64,000 bases of DNA from Stegostoma tigrinum (lineage: Eukaryota). This document shows, piece by piece, positions 1 to 12,000 of this stretch. Below the pieces are notes generated by a model. The model did no database searches, was not told where the DNA came from, and saw only the letters and a list, made by a program, of their open reading frames with translations. The stretch lies in the NCBI RefSeq assembly GCF_030684315.1, contig NC_081388.1, positions 23,357,015-23,421,014 of the forward strand, in the 5' to 3' direction. Numbering within the stretch: the stretch's first letter is position 1; each line of letters begins with the position of its first letter. The position numbers and the translations under genes are program-made.

Positions 1-424
1 GCAGCATTTATGCAATAGAGGACTTGGGGAGTCGGGTGCAGTGCTTTGGGAGAGAGGTTTCAAATGCTGCACATCAGAATGTGACTATAGCTGTTTTGAC
101 TGCGTTTAATGTTGTCTACCTGCAAGATCATATGGCCATATGGCAATGGTCATATTGCGGCAACAAGCAATGATGAATGAAACAGTATGTTCCAGCATTG
201 TGCTGGGTACTTGTCATCTTGGAATCAAACTATTAAAGCAATCAGTTTGAAAAATCAATGCAGTTCTGAGCTGTCAAGTTTGGTTTTGCACATTCTCTGT
301 AGGACATTTACAATTGCACCATGAACCGATGAGAAAGCTGCATGTTTGCATCCTTATCCAGGATGAGTAATGTTCACCATCACATTTTGTACTAAGGATA
401 GGAAGAGCGAAGGAATTTACTTTT

Positions 425-734
425 GGAATTTCTCCATATTATTGCCTAAAATTAACCTCTTTGTAATATCCCGGGAAGGGGGTGGGTCTTGATGTAGTGG
501 AATTGCTCGACAGGCCCGGAAGCACACTTACAGTTTCTGATTCCAGCCCAGAGCAGTGATGAGCCTTTTGTTTAAATTCTACAAACATGGATTTTAGGAG
601 GAAATCTCTGCTTGGATGTCTTTACTTCTCCGTGTTAATGTTCAGAATAACAGGTGAGTTATTGTGAACAAAGTAAATTCCTTTTTCTGTTTTGTTCAGT
701 GTGTGTCCAGACCTGGTACTCCTGGGGGCTTTCC
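425..734 (+). promoter_or_regulatory. Gene C promoter and intron-1 motifs: kB-like, GAS-like, GC box, ETS, intronic kB
   Basis: GGAATTTCTCC 425-435; TCCCGGGAA 469-477; GGGGGTGGG 478-486; CCGGAAG 516-522; GGGGCTTTCC 725-734. Confidence 0.5.
587..653 (+). CDS. Gene C (inverted paralog) exon 1, leader peptide MDFRRKSLLGCLYFSVLMFRIT
   Basis: aaacATGG Kozak context, 67 bp, consensus phase-1 donor CAG|gtgagt; 6 of 22 ungapped identities to the gene A leader (M1,F3,S7,G10,F14,T22). Confidence 0.7.
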
Positions 735-3526
735 GCTTTGCTGATAATTTAGTTGAACATTTGGGGCACTTTATTTTGGAGACGCTACTGATGGGTTGTG
801 GCGAAGGTAGGGAACAAAGAACTACAAAGTCCCGCTCCGTTTAACTTGTGCTGAAACGTCAAGTGCGGTCGTGTTGCCTGGTACGAATGGGACCAGCGCT
901 TCAGCGTCAAACTCTGAGAGTCGTGGCCAATTCTCTGTCCCATGTCGAGTGAAGGACAAGCGAGAGGTTGGGGCAGCAGTGCGGGTGATGGTCCTTCGCA
1001 GTGGGGAGCCATCCCAGGCAATTTTCCTGAAATGATGCTTCTTCCTATCCCCAGCTCTGGTGTAAAAGATAAAACAGAAAATGCTGGAGAAACTCAGCAG
1101 TGTTAGCAGCAACGATGCATCGAGAAACCGAGTTGACAGTCTAGTGTGACGACTTTAGAAGTGAAAAGTTGGGAAAAGAGGTGCGCTTTTAACATCAGCA
1201 TGTTGAATTTGTTACAACGCACGTCCAGTCAAGTGGGACTTGAATGCCTGGTCCAGATGTAGGGACACTATCATAGGGACTCTGGTAGCGCCTTTAAGTG
1301 TCCTACTCATGGACCAAGAGTCTTGGGTTCAAGTCCCACCTGATCCAGCGCTGTGTAGTAACATCTCTGAACAGGGTGGGTTAGGAAATGTCTAAAAGTG
1401 ACACATTCCTGGTGAAAGGGTCTGTACCACAGACACTCCAGATCCTGAAGTGGTGAACTTTGTCTCGCAGAGGGGGTTCCGGGCCGGGGCCTGTGAACAG
1501 ATGATACAGGTGGCCCAAGTAAAGGCAAGGGGAATTTAATGGCTTGTGGAAAATTGGGCAATCTGTATGGATGGAACATTACTGATTAAACATGGTATTC
1601 CTCATGCAGAGCCCTGGCCTTTCAACAGGAGGGCAGAGCCTGATGTCCTGTCCTCCCAATTTCTAGTTCTTAATTTTACTGATGAAACGGTGAGGGTAGT
1701 GCTCTCTTGCAGAATGTTCAGGTGGCGTTCTCTCAGACAGCGGATCGGCAAACAAAGACATAGCTGATACTGAGACAGTGATAAATGGTAGAAAGTGTGC
1801 CAAGAAGAAGTGTGAATAATTAAAAATGGGTTGGCTGTGCAAGAAGTAACCCAGGCACTGCAGGACTTCGGGGATGGGGGCGGGGTAACCAACATGGAAG
1901 ACCGTGAAATAGTTGAAGTCAATGCTTTTTCCTGATGGCTGTAAGCTACCTGGGAGAATGATGAGATGTTGCTCCTCCAACTTGCATTGAGCCTGAGCCA
2001 CATTGCTGTTGTTCTGGAGTCACATGAGGGCCAGACCAGGCAAGGGTGACAGTTTCCCTCGCGAAAGGACATCAGTGAACGAGGTGGGTTTTTCCAACAA
2101 TTGACAATGGATTCACGGTCATCATTAAACTCTTAATTCCAGACATTTACTGAATTCGAAGTCCAACATCTCCCTTGGCAGGATTTGAATGCAGGTGCCC
2201 AGAACGTTATCTGTATCTCTCCATTTACACCCAAGTGATAATATAACTAGGCCACTGCCTCCCCTGGAATAAAAAGTTAACTTAATGGCAAACACACAAC
2301 AATTATTGATTGTAATTAAAGGATACCTGGTTCACTAATGTCGTTTCTGGGAGGATATCTGCTGTCCTTACCCAGTCTGGCCTACATGGGACTCCAGGCT
2401 CAAAGCGATGTGGTTGATTCTGAACTGCCCTTCGGGGAATTAAGGATGAGCAACAATCACTAAACCAACAATGACACATCCCTTGAACAGATAAAAGAAA
2501 TAGCGAGGGATTTCCACAATTTTGACCCAGTGACGCTGAAGGAATGGCAATTTAATTCCAAGCCAGGATGCCAAGAGGCCTAGAGGGGAATTTGGAGGAG
2601 GTGGTATTCCCATGTGTCTGCTTCCCTTGATCTTCTCATCGGAAGTGATCATGAATTTGGAAGGTGGTGTTGATTGAACTTGGATGAACTGCTGCAGTGA
2701 ATCTCCTCCTAGATGGTACGCCATGCTTTGTGGTGAAGAGAATGTATATTAAAGATAGTGGTCATGCCTATCAAATGGGTTCCTTCATCCTGGATAGTGT
2801 CAAGCTTCTTGAGTGTTGTTGGAGATGCACTCATTCAGGCAAGTGTGGAGTATTCCATTGCACTCCTGACTCATGCTTTGTAGATAGTGGACACGATTTG
2901 AAGAAGGAGGAGATGAGTCATTCACCACAGAATTCCTAGCCTCTGATCTATTTTTGTAGCCGCAGTGCTTGTATGACATGTTCAGTTCCGTTTTTGAGAA
3001 ATGGTAACCCCCAGGATGCTGAAAGCTTGTTAAAGGTCTGGAGTCACATGTAGGCTGAAGTCATTTCCACCAGTTTTTACAAAGTTTCATGTGAAACAAG
3101 AGAAAGCAGCTCATCCAACACCATTGCAGGGAGAACCTTTCCACATGGCAGTCTTCAACGGGACCTGCACTTACGCAGGCATGAAGGCCCACAAGCTGCC
3201 TTGAGTACTGGTAACCTGGTCTGCTTCCAGGCAGTTCATCAGTCTCTGTTGTATTGGGAAACTGGAGACTGAATGGAAAATCTCAAACAGCCTCTCTTAT
3301 TCCCCTTAACAAGGGAATGAATGAGTCTAATCGGTAGCTGCAGAGGTGGGTTGGGGATTCCTACTGGGTGCACACATAGTTCAGGCTACATGCTGGAGTT
3401 GACAAAATGTTGGGAAGCTGTACACTGGTTAGTCCACTTCCATTCCTGACCTGCACCAAGTGGAGGCCTGAAACTTTAAACACACTATTTCTGTGAATCC
3501 TATTAACTGTGATTCTCCTTTAACAG

Positions 3527-3841
3527 ATCGAGAGATAAACACTACATTGCTCCCTGAAGTGCTGGAGGTTAATAGGAGATATAGTCTGCAGTGCATCGGA
3601 CCAAGAGTCTACCCAAACAACAAACTCATTCTCACATGGATAAGAGGGAGTGAGACTGTTCAGAGAAATTCTGCAGAAAACCAAGGTCTTCCGGATGAAG
3701 ATAACAGGTTGAGAAATGTCTTCAATTTCACTGCAAGTCTATTAGATGATGGACAGGAGTACACCTGCTTGGCTGAAGTGGACTTGGGCTCTAACACCAC
3801 AATGTCAATCACAAACTCCTCTGTCACTCTGCAAACCTACT
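3527..3841 (+). CDS. Gene C: inverted copy of the Ig domain 2 exon (possibly an orphan or pseudo-exon)
   Basis: Open frame, intact ag/gt sites, 13 nt differences in 315 versus 20360-20674; phase-compatible with 587-653. Confidence 0.7.
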
Positions 3842-4029
3842 GTAAGTTCCTGTTGCACCAGGCACACTCTCCTCAGTCAGAGAATACCTTGGATTAATGA
3901 GTCTCATCTTGGCCTCAACTCCACTTTCCTGCCTTCCTAATTCGTTGCTGTACCCACAAATATATTTTCTGTTAGTCATGCACAAGGACACCCAGTTCGC
4001 TCTGCACCAAAACTCTGTGAAATATCTTT

Positions 4030-5375
4030 CCATTCAGATAGCAAGTTGCCTTTTCATTCTTCCGTAAAAATTGGATAACCTCACACTTATCAATGTAACA
4101 CACCGTCTGCTGCATTTTGGCACATTCACGTAACCGATCCCTATCCATTTGTAAATTTCTGATTTATTTATTACAAATTACCTCCCCAACCATTTTAAGG
4201 TCTTCTGCAAGTTTGTCTGTAATATCTCGTATTGCTGCATCGAAGTCATTAACAAGGATTGTAAATAGATGGGTCAATGACTGAACCCTCTTTTTTAAGT
4301 CCTCTGCCACAAAATCCTTGATAACGGACTCTAGCATTTTCCCTACTGTTAACATCAGGGTCATCAGTGTATAATTCCCTTTTTTTTCTCTCCATCCCTT
4401 TTCAAATAGAGAGGTTGCATTAACAACCCTCCAATCTGTAGGAACTGTTACAGAGTTAAAAAGAATCTTGGAAGATGGCCACCAATGCACCATTATTTCT
4501 AGGGTCACTTTCCTAAGTACACTGAGATGTAGATCTTGCTTCTTTTGTGAATGAGAACAAAAACTGTAGAGAGGATCAGCAAACTGGCCATAGTACTGTG
4601 GTATGGAGATCCATTTACCCAATCTCACCAAGGGCTTCTTGTAGGATTTCACCTATATACTGGGGGAATGGATTAAACCATGTGGCAGTGACTTGAAAGA
4701 AATTCAGGAATTTGCACATTAATCCTTTTTACATGATCAAAGATTTAACAGCCACCTTAGGTTCATTCAACACTGCATCAGTTCTGTGACCCTTTGATGT
4801 TTTGCTGAAAAATTTTGTGTCTGATGTTACCTCTCTCACTGACACCTGAAGAAGACTGAGGTGACATCAGACTCCAATTACTTGAGAGTTTGCCCCCTAA
4901 TAGCCATTGATTCCAGTTTTGTTGGGGCTCCTTGATGCACACTCGGTCGATTGCAGCATTGATGTCACTCTCAGTTCACCTTTGAAATTCAGCTGTTTAG
5001 TCCATGCTTGAATCAATGCTGTACTGAGATCAGGAGTTGCATGTTCCTGATGGAACACAAACTGGGTATCACTGAATAGGTTATTGCTAAGCAGGTGCTG
5101 CTTGACAACAGTTGATGACACTTCTCATCACTTTACTGGTGATAGACTGATGGGGCAGTATTTGGTCGGGTTGAGTTTCTCCAGTTTTTTTTTGTGTACA
5201 GGACATACCTGGGCAATTTTCCACATTGTTAGGTAGATGCCAGTGTTGTAACTGAACTTGATGTACTTGGTTAAGGGAAGCAGCAAGATCTGGAGTACAA
5301 GTCCACAGTACTATTGCTGGAATGTTGTTAGGGTCCATAGACTTTGCAGTATTCAGTGCCTCCAACTGTTTCTTA
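4030..5375 (-). mobile_element. Old CR1/L2-type LINE fragments
   Basis: DWRVVNATSLFEKG, KSMDPNNIPAIVL, LFSDTQF remnants. Confidence 0.6.
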
Positions 5376-8300
5376 ATTTATATTCAATGTAAATGATATC
5401 AACATTGAAAATGAAATATTCCAAAGCCACTCACAAAGGGAAGATTAGAAATGATGAAGACAGATTAACAGGAGAGTTAGCAGGGGTTAGAGGCAAATAA
5501 ACTGTAGATGCTGGAATCCAAGGCAGACAAACAGGAGGCTGGAAGAACACAGCAAGCCAGGCAGCATCTGGAGGAAAGGAGTAGTCAATGTTTTGGGTGT
5601 AACCCTTCTTCAAGACTGAAGAACCCTTCCCGAAAACTTGTTTGAGATATTAGATTTTGGAAAGACTTGTAATGCTAGAAAAATGAAGGCAGAGTTTTGA
5701 AGATTGGGATTGAGACATTTCTAAGTCTTGCCACAAATGGTGGGATAGAAAATGGGCAGACTACAGATTACAAAAGACAAATTTGCAGAATTCAAGATGC
5801 AAGTCAGGAGGAATTTGTACAAGTAGTGTGAGACAGAGATCTGATCAGATTTAAGATGTCTTTGAAAATTTAATATTCAACATCATTTAAAAGCAGGGAG
5901 AGAGTGTAGATCATTAGAGCAAATGGTGAACTATAGAAAGCTGAAGGAGCTCTGGAGGATCCATGATACTTGGAGCAATCCTGAAGTGCTTGGTGAGGTG
6001 ATTGGCGAAATGATGAACTTATTATGGATGAGCTGATCTAATGATGAACAAGAAGGCCAGTGCATGTTTAGTGCAGTCATCTTTTTTGTCAATTAAACTT
6101 TTGGCAAACTGTAGCCTACAACAGCAGGAATAGCAGACTGAAGATAATTTGGTGAGGACAAGCAACGTAAAAACAGTGGGCGACTATTTCCTTTCAAAGA
6201 AAACATCAGTTGGAAAAGATTTATTAAATTTTAATTCATTATTATAACAAATTATTTTAGTGAAATATGTCTTAAGAAATCAGTTTATTCGTTCAAGCAT
6301 ACCTGAGTAGTTAGGCAATGAACATTTATTTTTGTTCCAGACAGTTTTTTATATTGTTATCTTTTTCTTACCTTAAGGTAATAATATGTGCAAATATCTT
6401 GGGAGATTTCCGGGAAAAAAAAGCTTCATTCCATATAAGTAGTTAAATTAATGAAAGTACATCCATACATACTGAATGTACTCAGAAAACAATAGTGATG
6501 ATAGTTCAAAAATGCATTTGTTTGTAAATTTCAAATTATAAAAATATTTATTTTATATCAGAGGCAGTGCATTGCATAAATAATTGGCATTTATATGACA
6601 CCTATAACATGGTCAAACCTCTCAAGTTTCACCACAAGAGAATTATGAAACAAAATTTAATACCAAGCCATGTAAGGAAATAGTAGGAAAGAGAAAGAAC
6701 TGCATTTATATAGCACCCTTCATGACCACAAGACAGTCCAAGTGCTTTTCAGACAGCAGAGTACTTTTGTAGGCTCATCATTGTGCACTATAGGAAATGC
6801 AGCAGGCAGTTTGCACATACAACCTCCCCCAAACAACAACAAAATAATTGACAGTGATTTTATTATGGCGATTGTTGATTGAGAAATAAATGTGAGCAAG
6901 GACATGGAAAAATTTCCCCTGCTCTTCTTCAGAATAATGCCATGCGATTTTTAAATACTCTTTTGAGAGGCCAGATGGGGCCTTGGTTTAAAATTTGATC
7001 CGAAAGAGCACTGACAATGCAGAACCATGTCAGCACAGCACTGCAGCGTAAACTTTTAATTCTGTGCTCAATTCCTGGCATAGTACTTGAACACACAGTC
7101 CTTTCACTCAAAGGCAACTGGGTTTGAGCTTACAAGTAATGGAAATCTTAGTCAAAGTTGTAGGTTTAAGGAATGTTTCAAAGAAGGGAGAACCAGATGA
7201 GTTTAGGAAGTGAATTCTGGAGCTTTTTCTTAGGCAGTCCCTCATGATCAAGGATACTTGCTTTCATTCCAGTTCCATACATTTTAAAAAGGCTGCTGAA
7301 TCCAATCAATGATCTATGGACTCTGCCACATCCAGGCAGGTGCTGCCTGTATGTTTGGGTAGGTGAAGGATTGTGAGCACTGTGTAGTGTTCAGCCTCAT
7401 CCTGTATATTCCCAATGAAGTCTCTCATTGTGTTTGATACGTTCTCAAATAAACCTTCTCCATTTTGGTTGGTGACAAGTCAGCGACACCAGGGTCAACA
7501 GAGATGTTTGACCACAAAAGGGGTGCTTAAAGGAAATTAGTTCCACTGTGTTACTGATAGACTCCTGCTTTGACTGAGTTCTGAATACAGCAGTTAATCA
7601 GAGATTCTGGCCTTCACTGGTGTAGATCACAAGCTTCCATGATCTGTGATCACCTGAGCTTATGCAACTGAAATCACAACCATGAATGACAGGGTACTGA
7701 AATTCAGAATTAGCAAGACAGATGCAGACTTCGGACTTGCGGCACATGTAGCTTCACCTGTGAAACCCTTAAATCCGAATAATCTTAACCCTGAATACAA
7801 TGGCTGTGCATTTATCCCCCTCAGACATTGGGAATTCCAAAGATTCATGATTCTTGAGAAGTAATTTTTCCCCATCTGCATCTTAAATATATAATCCTTT
7901 GTACTCACACAATGGCCCCTAATTTCACTTGTATTATGGTTTAAGATCATAGATCATAGAATCCCTTCAGTGTGGAAACAGGCCCTTTGGCCCAACAAGT
8001 CCACACCAACCCTCAGACATCCCACCCAAACCCATCACTCTATAACCCACCTAATCTACATACCCTGAACACTAGGGCAATTTAGCATGGCCAATCCACC
8101 TAGCCCGCACATCTTTGGACTGTGGGAGGAAACCGGAGCACCCGGAGGAAACCCACGCAGACACGGGGAGAATGTGCAAACTCCACACAGACAGACATGG
8201 AACAAAGGCATGGTGACATTTAAACACAAGGATGAAAATTTTAACATTAATGATGTCTCAATGGTAGTCCTCATTTTATCTGTTTATACAGTATACATCA

Positions 8301-8823
8301 TAAAAACCATATACAACCAAACCAAGGAGACAGCAAGGCCTGCAAATGCTGGAAGTCAGAGTCAATAAAACGTGGAGCTGGAGGAGCACAGCAGTTTGGA
8401 CAGCATTCTCTGGAAGGATCCTGACCAATATGTTGACTTTCCTGCTCCTCGGATGCTGTCGCACCTGCTGTGTTCCCCCAGCTCTGCATTTTATCAACTA
8501 CAACCAAATCAGTAATCAATATAGTGCTGGCTTTATGTCAGCTAGTGGGAAAGCAGTTGTGCTTACAGAGCTTTGAAGTTAACAGTGATGAATCTGTCTA
8601 AATGCCACAGTTCAGGTGATTATCTACTGGTTGTGAAAATCAAATTGAAATTTTTACCACAGTAATTCAAGAATTGCCCAAAATATAACAAGGCTTGTCA
8701 GCAACTAGTTGTCTTTACAGCTGGTACAGACTTTAACATGGCAATGAGTAGCACACATCAGTAACGATGTGTAAAATAGGACCACTGGATTATTTTTCAA
8801 AGTCAGGACGTGTAATATCTTTA

Positions 8824-9059
8824 TCATTGATTTAATCCATTTGTAATTGTTTCTCCACAATATGGATCAAGTTTCTTTAAAGGAAAACTCTTCTGGTATT
8901 CATGCCCATTGGGGATCTGTGCATTGTTGTTGGGTTTTGCATTCTGTACATTATATTCTCCTCTTTTACGGGCATTGAATTTCTGGTACAAGGCCGTCAC
9001 TACCGCAGTCGTCAATACTGCTGCTATTCCTACGGTCACTACTATTATCCATTTTAAGC
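8824..9059 (-). CDS. Gene A exon 8, transmembrane segment and cytoplasmic tail
   Basis: Acceptor tatgttctcatag|; [25 protein letters not shown] then [13 protein letters not shown]...[11 protein letters not shown] at 8826-8824. Confidence 0.9.
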
Positions 9060-12000
9060 CTATGAGAACATAGAAAGAAAAGATACACAGCTCATCAACA
9101 GTCTAGAGAAATATATTAATTGCAACATGTCTGAACATTTCCAAAATCTGTGGATTGTAAACAAAGGATATTTTTCAATGGAATATCCAGTGTGTTTTAT
9201 TCAGCTCTTTCCTGCCTGTTTTCTGTGTTGTGTTTTTCGCCTTTTTTCATTCCTCCCATACTACATGCTACTCCTTGGCAGCCTGTCCTCAATGCCCTGT
9301 CTATTCCTGGTTAAATTCTGCAGGAATTACATTCTCAAAACTCATCTGCACAAGTTCCATCTTTTTCATTTTTCCCATTGTCTCATTTTTGCCTATGAAC
9401 ATGCTTCAGGCCCCTGTATTACTATCAATTAATACATGCAGGTTTCTATTCTCGACATCATTAATCACCCAAATCATTTCTTCTTTTTCTAAAATTTTAA
9501 GCAGGGTCCAACATTTCTTCGATAATTTGTCCATCTTTTCCGTGTGATGCAAACTCATATGAAGATCCTATTTCTTTTTCATGTTTCAACCCTAAACATT
9601 CATCAGCATTTTCCCCCTGAGGCACTGATTGAGCTGCTGCGTTTGCAGAATGTCCTCCCTCTATTTTCTCGCTGTATTTATGCTGTTCACCCCTCACCCC
9701 TCACTATGAGAAGTGAAGCCCGGCGATGTGTGCTTTACTCATTGATCTGTCAATACTTTGCTCCATGGAGTGGCAGTGTGTGGAGTCACAGCCCCCCAAC
9801 CCCCCTTGAAGTTATTACCCAGGCATGTGGGACAAACACAGCGCAGGAGGAAGGTACTTCTATGCACAAAGAGACTGTCACTCTGAGCCACTTGTACCCA
9901 ATGTACCAGTTACAGAGCAGTATTATTAGAGACAGGGAGCAGTTTATCCACGTGTCCCATTTCCCGAAAGGGTGCGGGAGAACAGGAGCCCAAAGTAATA
10001 ATAACAACAGTAATATTAAATTCTGACCTTTGACCCTGATGTCCACATCCTTCTCATCACTTCCGTATTGATTGGTAGCTCTACATATATAAATTCCTTG
10101 ATGTTCTGAGGTTATGTACGGAATACGAAGAAATCCAGGACCAATCTCAATATTGTTGCCATTACTGGGATTTACCCACTCTAATACAGGTGAGGGTCTT
10201 CCATCGGACATACAGCTTAATGTAATTTCATCACCTTTAGTGACTTCTACTGGAAAGCCTGACACTGTTTTGTTATTTACTGATATGGTCATGAATGTGT
10301 CTCGTGGTTTATCTGGAAAAGAGAAGAAAAAGATGAAAATAGGCAGGCATACCCACAGGATCACTGATACAGCTCCCCAACACTGCTTCAGTTAGCAGGA
10401 TATCCAAACCTGGCCACATATTGTGCTCTTATCTAACTTCCAACAGTCATTTCAGAACAGGTGAATCTCTGCAGTAGAGTTGCAGCCTTGAGCTTGCTCA
10501 CAGTCATGTTGTTTTGATGTACGGTCACAGTGAAATGCAGTCATTGTGTAAATATTATTTCAGCATCAAGGCAACTGGATCTGACAGTCTAAGGATATCA
10601 CACAGTGTTCAGAGTACTCACAATAATGGAGATTCAAAGGTACAATTTCCTGTAATCTGATACTCACACAAAATGGTTACATTTAGAGATGAGGTTTTTA
10701 ATCCATGCTCATTTTTGACCATGCACACGTACAGTCCACCATGCTGCAGTTGAACAGATGGGATGTAGAGTAACCCTCTGCTTTCCATTTTCCCATCTTT
10801 GATCCAGACCCTCCGGGGAACTGGGTTCCCTTGCCCATGACATGTCAAATTCTGTGATTCCCCCTCAATCCAGTTTTCTTGAGCCTGAAAGATCTCTGCT
10901 TTTAATGGTGCATCTGTAAAATTCATTCCAAGTAAAAAAATAAGTCATGATATTGAATGACTCCAAATTCAAATATTTTTCAAATTCTTCTGCTATTTCT
11001 TTCGAGTGCTCTGTAGATGTCATTGTTCAGAATAAAACTTGCTTCTATTTTGAAAGCCAGCGTCAGTATCAAACAGCAGTAGGCTAAATAAAACACAGGA
11101 TAAAAGGCAGAATAACTTTCCCTGAATTCTGTGAAAATGCAACACTCTGAAGGCGCCTTTTGAGAAATTTCCATATTACTTTGACTTTCTGTTGGGGGTC
11201 CTGAGTAACTGAGGAAAAATTACAAATACAGGATTTACTCCCACTTGGAAATAAGTGGGCATATTAGCGAGAAGCGACATGGTTTTTGTGACAAGGAGGT
11301 CATATCTCACTAACTTGGTTGAGTTTTTTGAGGAAGTGACGAAGATGATCGATGATGGTAGGGCAGTGGCTGCTGTCTACATGGACTTCAGTAAGGTCTT
11401 TGACAAGGTCCCCAATGGCAGGCCGATACAGAAAGTAAAGTTGCACAGGTTCAGAGGTGAGCTTGCAAGATGGATAAAAAATCTGGATCGGTCATAGAAG
11501 ACAGACAGGAGCAGTAGAAGTGTGCGTTTCTGAATGGAGGGCTGTGACTAGTGGCATTCCTCAGGGATCAGCATTGGGACCTTTGCTATTTATAATACGT
11601 ATAAATGGTTTGGTGAAAAATGTAACTGGTCTGATTAGTAAGTTTGCCGATGACACAAAGGTTGGTGGAATTACGGCTAGCGATGGGGACCGTCAAAGAA
11701 TACAGTGGGATATAGATTGGTTGGTGACTTGGGCAGAGATGGAATCTGGAAAAATGTGAGGTAATGCATTTTGAAAGGAAATCTAGATGCAAAATATACA
11801 GAAGAGTACTGATAGGCAGAGTACACAGGGTATACAGGTCACTGAAAGTGGCAACGCAAGTGGAAAAGGTAATGAACAAGGCATACAGCATGCTGACCTT
11901 CATCGGCCAGGGCACTGAGTTTGAAAACTGCAGGTAATGTTGCAGCTTTAGAGAAACTTAGTTAGGCTACATTTGGAATATTGTGTTCAATTCTGGTCGT

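Larger units (their letters stand above)
8905..10417 (+). repeat. Near-identical direct duplicate block, copy 1 (partner 60105-61511)
   Basis: Direct comparison; one non-homologous interval (about 9330-9585 vs 60530-60668) and a 15-bp indel. Confidence 0.95.

Noticed and set aside
700-845. Possible exon 2 of gene C after tttgttcag at 699
   Set aside because: The intron would be only 46 bp, and the frame stops after 47 codons without Ig features.
1546-1767. ORF with ETVRVVLSC as the missing D1 of gene C
   Set aside because: Lacks CSTSC, the second Cys pair and convincing splice sites.
6341-6382. Plus-strand TM exon for gene C after tttgttccag
   Set aside because: The phase-1 frame stops after 13 codons and does not resemble the other TM exons.
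9544-10026. Plus-strand 160-aa ORF, repeated at 60722-61120
   Set aside because: No recognisable domain; the repetition is explained by the duplicated block.
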